Shown piece by piece: positions 48,900 through 62,678 of a DNA stretch of 64,000 bases. Every line of letters starts with the position of its first letter. Within the stretch, counting starts at the first letter, position 1. The position numbers were made by a program, and so were the translations under genes. This DNA is from the human T2T-CHM13v2.0 reference genome, Homo sapiens: NCBI RefSeq assembly GCF_009914755.1, contig NC_060933.1. The stretch is one strand, 5' to 3'. A model generated the notes under the pieces. The model was given only the letters and a program-made list of their open reading frames with translations. It ran no database searches and was not told the origin of the DNA.

Positions 48900-51800
48900 A
48901 GAAAAATAAACCTATTTTATACCAGAAGTTTTACAGTAAAACAACAGCAACAACAAGTATTTTAAAAAGTAGTAATCTAATATTTAAGATAAGCTTTCCT
49001 TTGAGACATTCTAGGCATTTATAAATCTAAATTCCTAGGGACTCATTGACAAAATTCATTCATTCATTGAATAAATATTTATGAAACATTCCTGGATACC
49101 AAACTGTTTTCTAGGCTTTTGGTACACAGTGGGAACTTGTCTAGTGGAAGTAAGAAAGGGTTAATAGGGAAAAAAATGTAACAGCATTTTTTAAATAAAA
49201 AAAAAAAAAATCAATCTTTGTGGACCTCCTTTACGCTTATATAGTATGTGGACTTTTCCCTTTCATTACATTTAAACTATACTCTGTTCTTGGTTTAAAT
49301 ATCTTTCCACCCCTTAAGAATGATCTAAAGGCAAGGAGTGTACTTCGTCTTTGAATCCCAGGCACCCAGCTAGGTATTTGGTTCATTATAATGGCTCAAG
49401 ACATGCACTGTTAAATAAATAGATTTCCCTACTTTACAAATTTCTTCTTTCCTTCTCAAATTAATACTCATCACCCTGCTTCCATTTCCTCTCCTTCCTC
49501 ATCCCAGCATCCCAAAATGAAAAACCAACACTAATTTTATGTTGGAAACAGCTCAAATCCCTGAGAACTGATGCATGAGCACAGGCTACTTAATCAAAAT
49601 CGAACATGCTTAGCTCATAGAAAGCAGTCAATATAAAAATTATTAAATGAATTGAATGACTACAATGTTTAAAAAAGTCATTCAGAAAAGTAGTAGGAGG
49701 AAGATACACCCCTCTAAACACAAGTTTATAACAAGCATTTTAAAGAGAATTCATACATTGTTTGATCTTGCAACAAAAATCCAAGTGAAACCACAAATAA
49801 AAGCCAGAGTTATTAATAAATATTGGAGGAACATCAACTTACAAGTGTGACCAGAAACAAAGTTGCAGAGCTAAGGACTTAAGAATTGCCAGTCTTGCTG
49901 AATACAATGTTGTCTTTTTCTGTTGCATGCCTGAGTTAGGGAAAGCTCTCTTCAGGTAAAGTGGATTTCTAACTTCTGGTTTAACTGGGAGGCTGAGATA
50001 CATTTCTACCTTCTCAAATAGAGACTGCTCTTGCCTCTCTGGCAATGAATGAACAGTTACAGCCCTTGGTTACAATTAGTTTTGGCTTTTGGAGCATCTC
50101 CCTGGGGTGATATGTGAATGCTCAGGAGGAAGAGGTTGTGAGGCAAATCTGGAAGCTAGGGCTCTGCTGAAGCAAATAAGCTCTTGTGGGATGTGACTGT
50201 GAGCACAGTATGTGCTAAAATGTAAATAACACAGCCACAGCACCAAATGCCACGGTTTTTAAATTAAGAGGACTATTCTGAGCAGTTATAGACATATACA
50301 TGTAGAGACGCATTTGTATTTCTGTTACCCCAAAACCTGAAATCATGTGAACAAGAAGTCAGGCTTCATAAAAATCATTGGAAAGACCATTAATTCAATG
50401 TTTTCCCTCAGTGAGTGACCAGCACCAAGACCTCCACCTGAAGCTGGAACCCTTGGAATTCACACAGCCAATTATGCAATACCAGACCACTGGGAAGCAT
50501 TTCTGGCTGGCTCAGCTGGTGATCCGATTTTACCCTGCAGCACCAAGATTGATAGACCTTATAATTTTATCCTGGTTAGCGCAGATGGTTTTTACATAAG
50601 TTTCTAAAAACCTCCTTTCTCCCAAAAGAAAAAGAAAAACAACCTAAGCCCCTACGAAGGGGCTTGCCCTGGTAACATCTCACCATAGTAGATAAGTACC
50701 CTGATCACTGGCTTAAGAAAAAAAAAATCCCTTTTGTGATTTCTGAGTTTGCTGTGGTTTAATTTCATTGAATGCTGTGTGTACTTGTTTATAAGAGTGA
50801 AAAGGAATAGTAATTTGCCCCTCTCTAAATCACTCCTTTTACGAGGCTTTTTTTGGGCATGAGGGGGATGGGAAAGAGACTCATTCTTAGAAGGTACAGC
50901 ATATCAATGCAAGAGCTGTTAGTTTCCCTCATGCTAATGACGAAGTATAATTTTGAAACATCAGATTCATATGCATATATGGTGCATACATACATAATTG
51001 GTGTATTTACAAAGCACCTTGCAGAATCTTAGAACTCTTAGTTCTATTAACACTTAAAGGGAAAACCAGAGTGCAGATCAGTCAAGCACAACGGACTGTA
51101 GTTGCTTTCAATTATATTCACCCATTATCTATGTCTAGGAAAGAGATCTCTAAAAAAGCAAAATACATTTTATGAAGCACTGCCACAGTCTGTTACGCAT
51201 TTATCTCCTTCTACAGTTCCAATTACAGAATAAGCACTAGCTACTACACGGAACGGCAGCACTAGCCAAAAAGATTTTTCTAATCTGAGAGAAATGCTCC
51301 CATATTGACTCTGCAAAGAGAAACAACTCCCCTTTCCTTGACTATAAAGAAGGAAGACAGATGGCTTCTTGTTTAGGACTGTAGTTTTACTTTCAGCCTC
51401 CTCCCCGAGTTAAAAACAAGATGTACTTTTCTGGCTTTGAGGGAAAATCTCAAGGGAATGTTTTTTATTCTTGGCTGCACTGAATAATTCAACAAACATT
51501 TGAGAGAGCTGAGGGAGATACAAAGGAGAAAATACTTTTCCTTGTTCTCAGGGAGTTTACAATCTAATTCTGGAGTTTACAACCAGAATTGGGACTAGAA
51601 CCATTAGTTTTATGTCTTCACTTGTATTTATTGGTTTAATGGTTATGGGAAACACATGTAGGATTCGCCAGCTCCGTGGTATGGTGGACCCTCTGATTAA
51701 CCTGAAAGGAAACTAGAAAGAATGCAGAAGAATTCAAGATCTCAATCAGTTGAGTACTTGCTGACCTAGCAGCACTTTCTTATGTTATTTAATCTTGACC

Positions 51801-53289
51801 ACAAGCCTTTGCAGTCATCCCTGCTACCAGCATTTCACAGAAGCGGACAATGAGATTTGGAGAGATAACTCGTCCACAGTCACGAACTCAGGAAATGGCA
51901 TAGGAAAACATCAATTAGGAATTCTTCTTCCCTGGCCCTTTCTGTAGCTGTCCCCTTACAGGCTACCATTCCAACTTTCCTTGGCTTAGATTCCCTTTCA
52001 GTGCATGTAAAGTCAATTTAATTCTGTGTTCTTTTCTTCCCTCTATACTTTAACTAATCTTTAAAACTTGATGTCTCATATTTGGTGAATCAGTCCTTTT
52101 GGAAGTCTCACTCCCTTGCAGCTTTGCAAATAAAGTTTTTCTTTTCTTTCCTGTGGCTGTCTTTTGAGACATTCTTTGACAAGATGAAATGACATATGAA
52201 GGCTATAACAGTGCCTGATAATGTGGGGTTTTTTTTAACATCATTATCTTTAGTTTTATTTCTTTCACTTTTTAACTGTTTTCACCTCATACTGTATTTC
52301 CTAACGACTCGTTTGGAATTGTAAATTTCTTGAAGGTAGTTACCACGTCTACTCTAACTTGTTGCTACTTCCTTGAGTCTTACTGATTTAGCAACAGGAA
52401 CTTGGTAAGTCTCTTTTGCTCGCCTCTTTATTCCCAGTACTAGTCACTGGAACGTAGTGTGTCTTCAGTAAGTATTTTTAATATGAATAAATTAATGTCC
52501 CCTTATTGTTTTTTGTAGACTATCCTGTATAAGAAAGTTTAGCTTAGATCCAGTATGGCTTTGACTTGCGAGCCTGGATAACTTTTTGCCTTTTCCTCAT
52601 TTCTGGCTATTTATTACCATTTCAACCTTGGGAACATTTCATTAGGTTCTTGGTCCCTTTCAAGCCTCAGTTTCCACATCAGCAAAATGGGGACAGTAGC
52701 AACAGATGCTTGTTTCTTCCCGTCTTCTTATCACCTATTCCTTCTCCAGGAAAGGTTTCTTGTGTACGCTTTCCTCTGGAGAAAAAAAACAGCCGACGGG
52801 GCGGTAAGAAGCCATCAGGATCCTGAGTTGTGCGTCCAGTAGGGAGAGGGAGAAGTCCCGCTTGCCTCCTAGATCCGGAAGCAATCCGGCCCCTTTTTGG
52901 CAGCGAGTTGGCCCGGTCTTTGGCTGCCTCAGACCGCGTTGCCCTCCAGCCTCGAGGCAGAGAGCTGCCTCGGTGCCACAGCTAAATAAGCCCGGCGCCG
53001 CGCAGCCTCTGACACGCGCGGAAGGGCCCGGCCTTGTTCTGGCTGCCGCCGCCCTGCCACCAGCACGGCGCTGCACTGGGGGCGGGGAGTCTGATGGGAG
53101 ACGCGCGCGGCGCTGAGGAGGCGGCGGCCCGGGAGAGGGAGCGGGAGAGGGACTGGGCGCGGGAGGCGGGAGGCGGGGGGACAGAGGGAGGCGCCGCCGC
53201 CGCCGCCGCCCGCCCCTTTCCGCTGGGGAGCAGCTGCTGCAGCAGGAGCAGAGCAGGAGACGCGTAGCCGCCGTCGCCGCCGCCGGGGG

Positions 53290-53328
53290 ATGTGGCCGGC
53301 GCCTGCCTCTAGCCGCGCCGCCTCTTGA
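53290..53328 (+). other. Upstream ORF 1 (MWPAPASSRAAS*)
   Basis: ATG TGG CCG GCG CCT GCC TCT AGC CGC GCC GCC TCT TGA, with G at -3. Translation is not shown. Confidence 0.55.
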
Positions 53329-53410
53329 GTACCAGCCGCCGCTGCAGCCGCCGCCGCCGCCTAGCCGTGCGGTGCCAGGCCGCGCCCTCCCCGGGCGCCC
53401 GCCGGCTCGC

Positions 53411-53434
53411 ATGCCGAGGGGCTCCGGGGCGTAG
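53411..53434 (+). other. Upstream ORF 2 (MPRGSGA*)
   Basis: ATG CCG AGG GGC TCC GGG GCG TAG in weak context (C at -3 and +4), ending 41 nt before the main ATG. Confidence 0.55.
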
Positions 53435-53475
53435 CTGCGCGCCCGGCGCCGCCTCCGGGCTCCTTCGGCCCCGCC

Positions 53476-53511
53476 ATGGGCTGCTGCAGCTCCGCCTCCT
53501 CCGCCGCGCAG
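53476..53511 (+). CDS. SLC44A1: First coding segment (exon 1) of choline transporter-like protein 1 (CTL1/CD92): MGCCSSASSAAQ, phase-0 intron follows
   Basis: ATG in strong Kozak context (ccgccATGG), 12 codons, then donor CAG|gtgagg at 53512. The peptide matches the N-terminus I recall for human SLC44A1 (MGCCSSASSAAQ-SSKREWK...). It lies in a CpG island. Exon 2 is not recognisable in the window. Confidence 0.95.
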
Positions 53512-55806
53512 GTGAGGGGCTCCCGCCTCCCGGCCGCCCGCCCGGATGCCTCCCGTGCGCCGCGTCGCGCGGCGGGCGCCCGCCGCCCGATACCTCTCGC
53601 TGTCCCCAGCCTCCCCTGAGCGCACCGTGCAGTCCAAAGACCCCCACTCCGCCTTTCCGTCCGCCGGGTCCCGCCGATGCCCGTGCGCTGGCTCCGCGGC
53701 TGCCGACTCAAAGGCGCCTCTGCGCGGCGCCTAGTGCGCCCTCAGCTCTTCCCGGCCCCTTCCCCAGTCGGCCCCCTCCTCCCAGTCACACCTGAGCTGC
53801 CCGTCCCGCCCGCCTGCAGGTAGAGGCTGCACTGGCGCCTCCTCTGCCCCAGGTGGCATCCCCTTCCCTGTTCTTCCGGGCCTGGCTCCTCTCTTCCACC
53901 TCCGTGGAGTCTCCCCGCCATCCGCCGCCCGTTTTCTGTGCTCCTCGCAGGTGTACCCCCAGCAAGAGCTCTTCACCTCTCCCACCGAATTCCAGTTTCT
54001 GCTTCATTAGATATTCTGTCCCTTTTCTCTTGCCCGCTGCCCCCTGGCTGGGTTCAGATGGTTTCAGCGGGTCCCGGAGCCCTTCCACGGCCCGCTCCGC
54101 AGACCTCGCTTGCTCGCTTGCACCCCATCCCCCCTTAGTGCCGTGACCCGGGCCCCGCGGCCTCCCCGCACTCGGAGGCCCCTGCGGGAGCGCCGACTCT
54201 GGGCTGGGAAGGAGATTGGGCACCTGGTGGGTGACGGGAGCGCTACGGAAACTCCCTCTTTGTTGCCAGTGTAACAGGAGGAAGAGGTTCCGAATTTAGT
54301 TTTTCTGTGGGCACTGGCTGAATGTTGTCGCTGAGGGCTGAGATGCAGAGATTTCTCTCAGCTTCTACCCTGCCCCCATCCAAATTTCGCCAACCTCCTT
54401 CTCTCGGATCCGAGCCCTTAACCTGGGTGGAAATGTTTAGACAACTGTACGAGGATCAAATGTAATAGAACTCGACTACTGGCCACTAATAACTGAGAGG
54501 ACCTGTTTGTAAATTACCTAATTTAGTGGATTAGCGAGTGTATTTACAAATACTATAAAAAGCAATCAGGAATACTGCATCAAACTGTCTTGTGGTGGTG
54601 TATGAAAAATAGGCTCTGACAACGCCTGGGATGTAATCTCACAGTTTCATTAGCGTAGTTTCATTAACTGTGGTCTGTGATTTGTTTGTTTTAGGGGGCA
54701 GAAAAGGGCTCTTGTTTTTAGAAATAAAGGATGGTTGGTTCTTGGTGAAGAAAAACGCTAGTTTGGGGGGAAAAAATTCCTCCAGAAAGCTAGCATCTGT
54801 GATAATGCCAGAAGTGTTTTTGCTGCTGCTAAATGACTATATATAACTCAGTTTTAAATAACCTGCATACTTGTTCTGAAAATCTGAGATCTGTTAGAGA
54901 GAAAATGACTAGAATTGCAGATGAATGGGGGACATTTGTGTTTTATTAGGTATCCATCCTATCATCCTATTCCTCCAGTCTTTTTTTTTTTTTTTTGAGT
55001 GTTTGCTTACCCGTTAGCTTTTTTTTTTCCTGCTAGCATTATAGTCAGGCTTTTTGGTGTAGTTAAAGATTCCTATTCAGTTATAATAGCAAAGTAAAAC
55101 TATACGTAGAGGTGTTAGGAAGGAGAGGCTTGGTATATCAGAGTTTTCATATTAACATATAAAGGTGTAGAATTGCACATAACTTTCAACTGGTTAGGAA
55201 TTTGTGGGGGTCTAGTTGGGTGCTCTTTAATATTTACTTAAGTATAATTTTCACCAAAAAGGTGTTTTTCAGATTGCCTTTCTTTTCAGAATTGAGTTAA
55301 TTTACATTCCCTTTTGGTGGTGAAATGCCTTTAAGACAGAAAAGTATTGATAGTTTATGGATAGCTTGTTCAGTGCATGAACAGTTAAATTTGGGAGGGA
55401 TGGGTGCTGCATCAGAACTCTGCTTTAAAACCGATAGTGGGTCTTGCATTTGTCTAGCTCCACGTCATACTTTTCAGAATGCTATCGTATACGTTTTCTT
55501 TTCTTTTACCTCCTCTCACTGTAGAACATGCCTTGTTCCACAGATAAGATGCATGTCATGCACCCAAGGGGTGCATTTTTTTCCTGTGGATTCCTATAAC
55601 CAATCAACAGCTGTCACATGCTTTTAAGTTCAGCTTTAGGGACTTGTAGTGTTCAGTGGAGCATTGAGGAGCAGGTTTTGTGCCAAAGAGCTGGTGATTT
55701 TTTTTTTTTTTTCTTATTTGAGATTTTTGGCATCCTTCTTCATTTGTGAAATGTTACTAATCGGCTGGTATTTTAACTCTCCTTTCAGGAGCATTACCAG
55801 TTTTAG

Positions 55807-56200
<394 letters not shown>

Positions 56201-58132
56201 ATCAGGGGTCTCAAATGTATTTTCACTCAGAATATGTTTGTTTCATGCCTTCTACTGGATTGTAAGCTTCTTGAGCACAGGAACTGTTTTTGTTTTCCTT
56301 ATTTGTGTATCTACTGCAGTGCCTCACTGTACCTTGTACTTAATAGTTGCTCAGCAGTAGTCACTGGAGGGAATATGTAGACATATATTTGAACCTCTGG
56401 CTGGCAAGTGGCATCGAATGTGAATCTAGACCTGACCCATCTACTGTTTGTAAATTCTATGGGCTGGTTGATTAATTTTGCCAAGCTGTCCTCTTCTAAA
56501 CTCAAACCTGGACTGTTTAAGTTAAAATTTACCTGCCTTTTCTATATCCCTTCCTGTTCTTTCAGTGGTACCATCAGCTTGCAAAATTGTTCAAGGTTTT
56601 CCTTTGCTCCTGATGACCTGCTTAATGTGTATGTTTTAGTTGGAGCAGTGGCTACAACATCTTAAAAGAGCTTGTCTGCAAACTCTAATGATAACCTACA
56701 CAACACATGAAAACAGTGTGCTTTGAGGTAATCTGCAGTTCAGTTTAGCTTTTCTCAGCAGTATCTTCAGCAACTTTAAAGCTCTGGCAGGTTTTATCAA
56801 TGTAAATAAAGTGCATTTTCTTTTTGTAGCAGGGCTTCACTTTTGAAATATAATTTATTTTCCCTTACAGTCTCTTGCTATGTTGTAGATTCTCATAAAA
56901 GAGTTTGTGGTCTTCCAAACTTTGATCTCTTGTAATCTGTCCTGGTATTATTTTCATTTTCTTGGCAGTGTCTGGGTATCATGATTTTCCATCAAAATAA
57001 TTATACTGTTTTAGGATTTAGATCAAAGAAAAGTGTCACATTCTATACTAGCATTTCATTGCTAGAGGAGCAGATTATTGGCAAAATAATTTGTGCTGTA
57101 TCAGCTATGTACATCTAGGATCTTAAAAGTGTCTAGTGAGTCAGGGCTCTTAAGGAACTTTTTAAATTATTTTTTAAAAATTAGTGACCATTACAAGTTG
57201 TTTACTAATATTGGTAATTGCTCAATACAAACCAACACAGGACAGTCTTTGCCTAAAAGTCTTTTGAGGGGAACGTAAAAGTAAGATAGTCTTGAGTTTC
57301 TTTTTACAGTACTAATCCTCCCTAAGGCTCTTAAAATTTATTCCCATCTCCCTATAATTCATTTGTTCTGGTATAACCTGACATAATTTCTATCCTTGTA
57401 ATGTTAAACTTCAAATTTCACTTGTAAATCTTCAGATTTATTAAATGCTCTTTCCCATTGACAAACCAGTTTGAATGAATCTTTTGAAAGATTACTTAGC
57501 AAATTGCCGTAAGTCTTTGTCCTTAATGGCTAGATGATTATTTCTCACAGCAGTGCTTTAGAGGCCAGGAGATTTTGCAAGTTCTGTGAAGTTCTGTGTC
57601 CTTCAGTTCTAACCTTAAATGTTGTAAGAGGGATGGAGGAGAATCTTTCAAGTTGAACAAACTGCCGCTTGTCTGTCTAGCGTTAGGAGACATTTGTCCA
57701 CTGTCTCATCCCATTGTCTTCAAATTGAAGGCTGTATATTTAACTGTCTTTTTGTAGCACTCATATTCTGTTTTGGGAGTAATAAAAAACAATCAGAAGT
57801 GGTTTACAAATGCTGGTTAATATTTGCATATGCTAACTGTGCTTTAACAATTTTAATAATACCATCATCTGTATCAGCTTTGTGGAGTTTGAAGTGAGAT
57901 GGTAAAAATTAAATTTGAAGAGTGTAGTGGGAATTACCCACAGAGACTAAAGTTGCTCAGTTAAATTAAGACCTGCAAAGTAAACTTCATCTAACGGGAA
58001 CAGAAGTCATGGCATGAAGCCTTTTTTTTCCTTCATCTTCTGAATACTGTGTTGTTAGCATAGAGGATCTACTCCTCAAAATATGTAAATCAAAGTTAAT
58101 TTCGAAATTGGAAAATAATGTAGAAATGGTAA

Positions 58133-58782
<650 letters not shown>

Positions 58783-59360
58783 TACTTTTTTATCTTTAGA
58801 AAATGTTTACTTTTCTAAAGATAAAATTTTGAATTAAGGAATTTCCAAGTTAAATTTCACACCACCATTTTGAACTTTCTACAGTTGCCATCTGGAGAGT
58901 AGCATGGTACAGCAAAACTAGTCCACTTAGAATGCTTCCAGGCTTAACAAATACTATACTATCAAATACTATTTGATGTGTTAACAGTACAGTCATTTAA
59001 AAATGTTATTGGCCTGGGAAAATTATTCATAAAAATATATTCTACTACCAGTAATTGGTTGATAGTTGTTTTTCTATGCTCCCCTTTCCCCTGCTCAAAC
59101 TGCAAAGAAAGAATGAAATATTTCAATTTTGTAATTTTGCCTCAGATTTTTGGGACTATAGGGGATATATGAGATAAACCTACTATCACTTTTCTGTTGA
59201 TCTAAACTAGAATGTAGAGATATGAAGTAGACTGAGGTCAGAGAGATACATTATGAGGTAGCTGGGATTAGAAACCTGCTTAATCTCTTAATCTCTTGTC
59301 CTTTCTGTAGTACAGTACTATTAATTCTTAATGTCTCAGGCTTTCTTTTCCTTTCATCCT

Positions 59361-59612
59361 TGGCTGCACATTGGAATCACTTGGAGAAGTTTACAAATGT
59401 TATGGAAGTGATGCCTGGGTCCTATTCCCAAAGATTCTTATGTATTGGTCCAAGACTGCGGGCTGGGCATCAAAAAAAGTTTTTTTTTCTGTTTTATAAG
59501 TGCTTCTTGCAGAGCAGGGCTAACCCATAATAGTACACCCAGAGTAGCCAGCATCAAAACTTTTAAAAGTTCCCCTGGTAGCCCTCGTGTGTCACCAAGT
59601 TTGAGAGCCACT
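59361..59612. mobile_element. MER5-type hAT relic
   Basis: tggctgcacattggaatcacttggaga...ccaagtttgagagccact. Confidence 0.7.
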
Positions 59613-59619
59613 CTTCCTT

Positions 59620-60530
59620 ACCCTTTCTCTAGGTAATTTCATCCCTCGTATGGCTTCAGTTACAGTCTGTATGTTAACAGTTCCCAAACTAAATTACTGT
59701 CCTGGTCGCTGATCCTTATATCCAACTGATTAATTAGCATTTACACTAGAATATTGTACAGGCAACTCAAACTCAGCATGTTTAAATCTGTCCTCAAAAT
59801 CGTACCCCTCACCCCCGGCTTTTTCAGTACTTTATCTCTGGTTCACCGAATGATACCAATGCCCTGGTTGTGGAAACTGGAGACTCGAGTCCTGTAGGGA
59901 ACCTGCCTCTCACTCTTCTATATCTAGTCACCACATCTTGCCTCTTTGACCTTCTCAACGTCACTGCCAGCACTCCGGTTCAAGCCTCTGTCATCTCCAG
60001 CCCAGTACCTTGGTTACAGATCTCTCCGTAACTGTTCATGCTCCCTTCTAATTTTTCTTCGTATTGCAGTCTTGGTGATCTTTGAAAAATCCCAAGCTAA
60101 TTGTGTTCCTCTCCTACTTAAAACCCTTTAATGGTTTCCCATTGCTCTTAGGACAAAGACCAGAACCCTTGACCCTGGACAACAAGACCCTGTGTGTGGC
60201 TGTTCTCCATCTCTCTATAGGGTCACCTTGTGGTGTGCTTTTCTTTGCTCATTGCACTGCAGCCTCACAGATTCTTCAGTTGGTTGTATTCCTTCCTCTT
60301 AGAGGGCTTTTGCATATGTGGTTCACTTGTCTAGGAGGCTCTTTGCTTTGCTCCCTGGCTTTTGGCTGGTTGCTTTAAGTTTCAGTCTGAAAGTCACTTC
60401 CTTGGAAAAGCCTTTTCTGATCCCTTCAAACTAGGCCATGTCTCCTCATTAAACTCTCATAGCCTTATGTGTTTTCCCTGTGAGCACTTAAAGCAGTAAA
60501 CACGTAATTTTACAGTTAATATTAATGTCT
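59620..60530. mobile_element. L2 fragment
   Basis: caactcaaactcagcatgt...cctacttaaaaccctttaatggtttcccattgctcttagg...aagccttttctga. Confidence 0.7.
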
Positions 60531-60534
60531 AGAC

Positions 60535-60865
60535 TAGGTGGCGGCAAACTACAGCCCATGGGCCAAATCTGACCTGCTACCTGTTTTTTATGGCTTACGA
60601 GCTAAGAATGGTCTTTACGTTTTTAAGTGGTTGAAACAAATCAAAAGAATATGATTTCATGAGAAATTTATTTAATAAATTATGAAATTTTAATTTCATT
60701 CACAAGGTTTTATTGGGACACAGTCATATTAATTCATTTACTTGTCTATAGCTGCTTTCATATGACAGTGTCAGAGTTGAGTAGTTGTGACAGAGGCCTT
60801 ATGGCCTGCAAGCATAAATATTTACTCTGTGTCCCTTTACAGAAAATGTTTGCTGACCCTTGCTC
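60535..60865. mobile_element. MER58-type hAT-Charlie relic
   Basis: ggcaaactacagcccatgggccaaatctg...ccctttacagaaaatgtttgctgacccttg. Confidence 0.85.
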
Positions 60866-62024
60866 TAGGCTGAGTTGATGAAGAGAGGGGCCGTGTTTGC
60901 TTTGTTTATTGCCATCTTGGTGCTTAGCTGGTACCAATACATGGTAGGTACTCATGAAATATTTGAATGAATTAACAGATATTCTGTTTCCCTCCATGGA
61001 TAGAGGTGATTGAACTCCTACCTTAGAACACTGGGGTTTTAAAATTCATTATAAGAATTTTAAAACGATTCTTCTTTGGAAGACTCTTAACAGCATGTTC
61101 AGGGCTCTCTTAAGCAGCTTGTCTGTTGAAGGTATACATGTCACGTATGGAGCAAGTATACTTATAAAGGTGTAAGTTACTGGGTCAAGGTGGACAGGAA
61201 AGGGCTAGTGCGCTCAAGTAATGGACCAGTCAGATTTACAGTGGTGATGTTTTTATAGCAGGCACAAATGGGTGAGACTTTATGGCAAGCGTTGTAAAGA
61301 AAACGTGTTTGAGCTGGTGAAAAATTTAAGTCATTAAAGAGTTAGACATTGTTATCTCTGCTGTGGGAATTCACTCTGTGAAGATGGTTAAAGTTTTTGA
61401 CACAGTAATATTTCCTCCTTTTTGATACTTTTTGTTTTCTAATTTATTTGGAATATAGCATAGCATAATGTTCCAATTTTGAATTTATGCATTGTGTAAA
61501 ATTTAGTAATTTTTTTGGCAATTTAAAAAACAGATTTACATTTTTCAGTATGTTTTATTATACTCAATAGAGGGATGCCAGTTTTTCCCCTCTGGGGGAC
61601 TCCTTTGTAATTGTATAATATGATAATGTTGTATAATAGGATTCATTTAACAAACATTTGGTTGATAAACCCCTGGAATTTATTTTTTTGTGAAAATATT
61701 ATTATTCCTTTTAGTTACTCTCTACAATATCCCACAACCAGATATTTAGACTTATTTAGTAGGAAAACCCTTAAAAGCAACTTTTATTCAAATTTTTAAG
61801 GTTGCCAGAAATGCTGAAAATTATTAAATGGAAGTGTTTGACTTCTGGATATGTTTATAATATGTAAAGTAAAAAAACCAGCAGGAAGATGGAAAAATTG
61901 GAAACATGATTACTTCAAGATATTTAAGTAGCAGGGAAGGTATTAAAGTTTGTTTGTTTTTGTAGATTTGTGATAATATAATCATGATTATGATCTCAGA
62001 AAATTCTTCATTTTGAACTACTTA

Positions 62025-62678
<654 letters not shown>

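Larger units (their letters stand above)
53230..53475 (+). other. SLC44A1: GC-rich 5' UTR part of SLC44A1 exon 1 (TSS approximate)
   Basis: GC-rich stretch with GCC runs directly upstream of the ATG. The TSS cannot be read from sequence and is estimated. Confidence 0.65.
52790..54250. promoter_or_regulatory. SLC44A1: CpG island / SLC44A1 promoter
   Basis: Abrupt switch to very high GC and CpG density. ETS-type CCGGAAG at 52875-52881, GC box GGGGCGGGG at 53079-53087, no canonical TATA box. Confidence 0.93.

Noticed and set aside
50646-50665. Terminator-like hairpin aagcccct-acga-aggggctt
   Set aside because: An 8-bp stem is expected by chance in 64 kb. There is no U tract, and intrinsic terminators do not apply to Pol II DNA.
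52735-53637. 300-aa minus-strand ORF and other overlapping ORFs across the CpG island
   Set aside because: Arg/Gly/Pro/Ala low-complexity translations are expected where GC-rich DNA lacks stop codons. There is no recognisable domain, and the ORF is antisense to the real exon.
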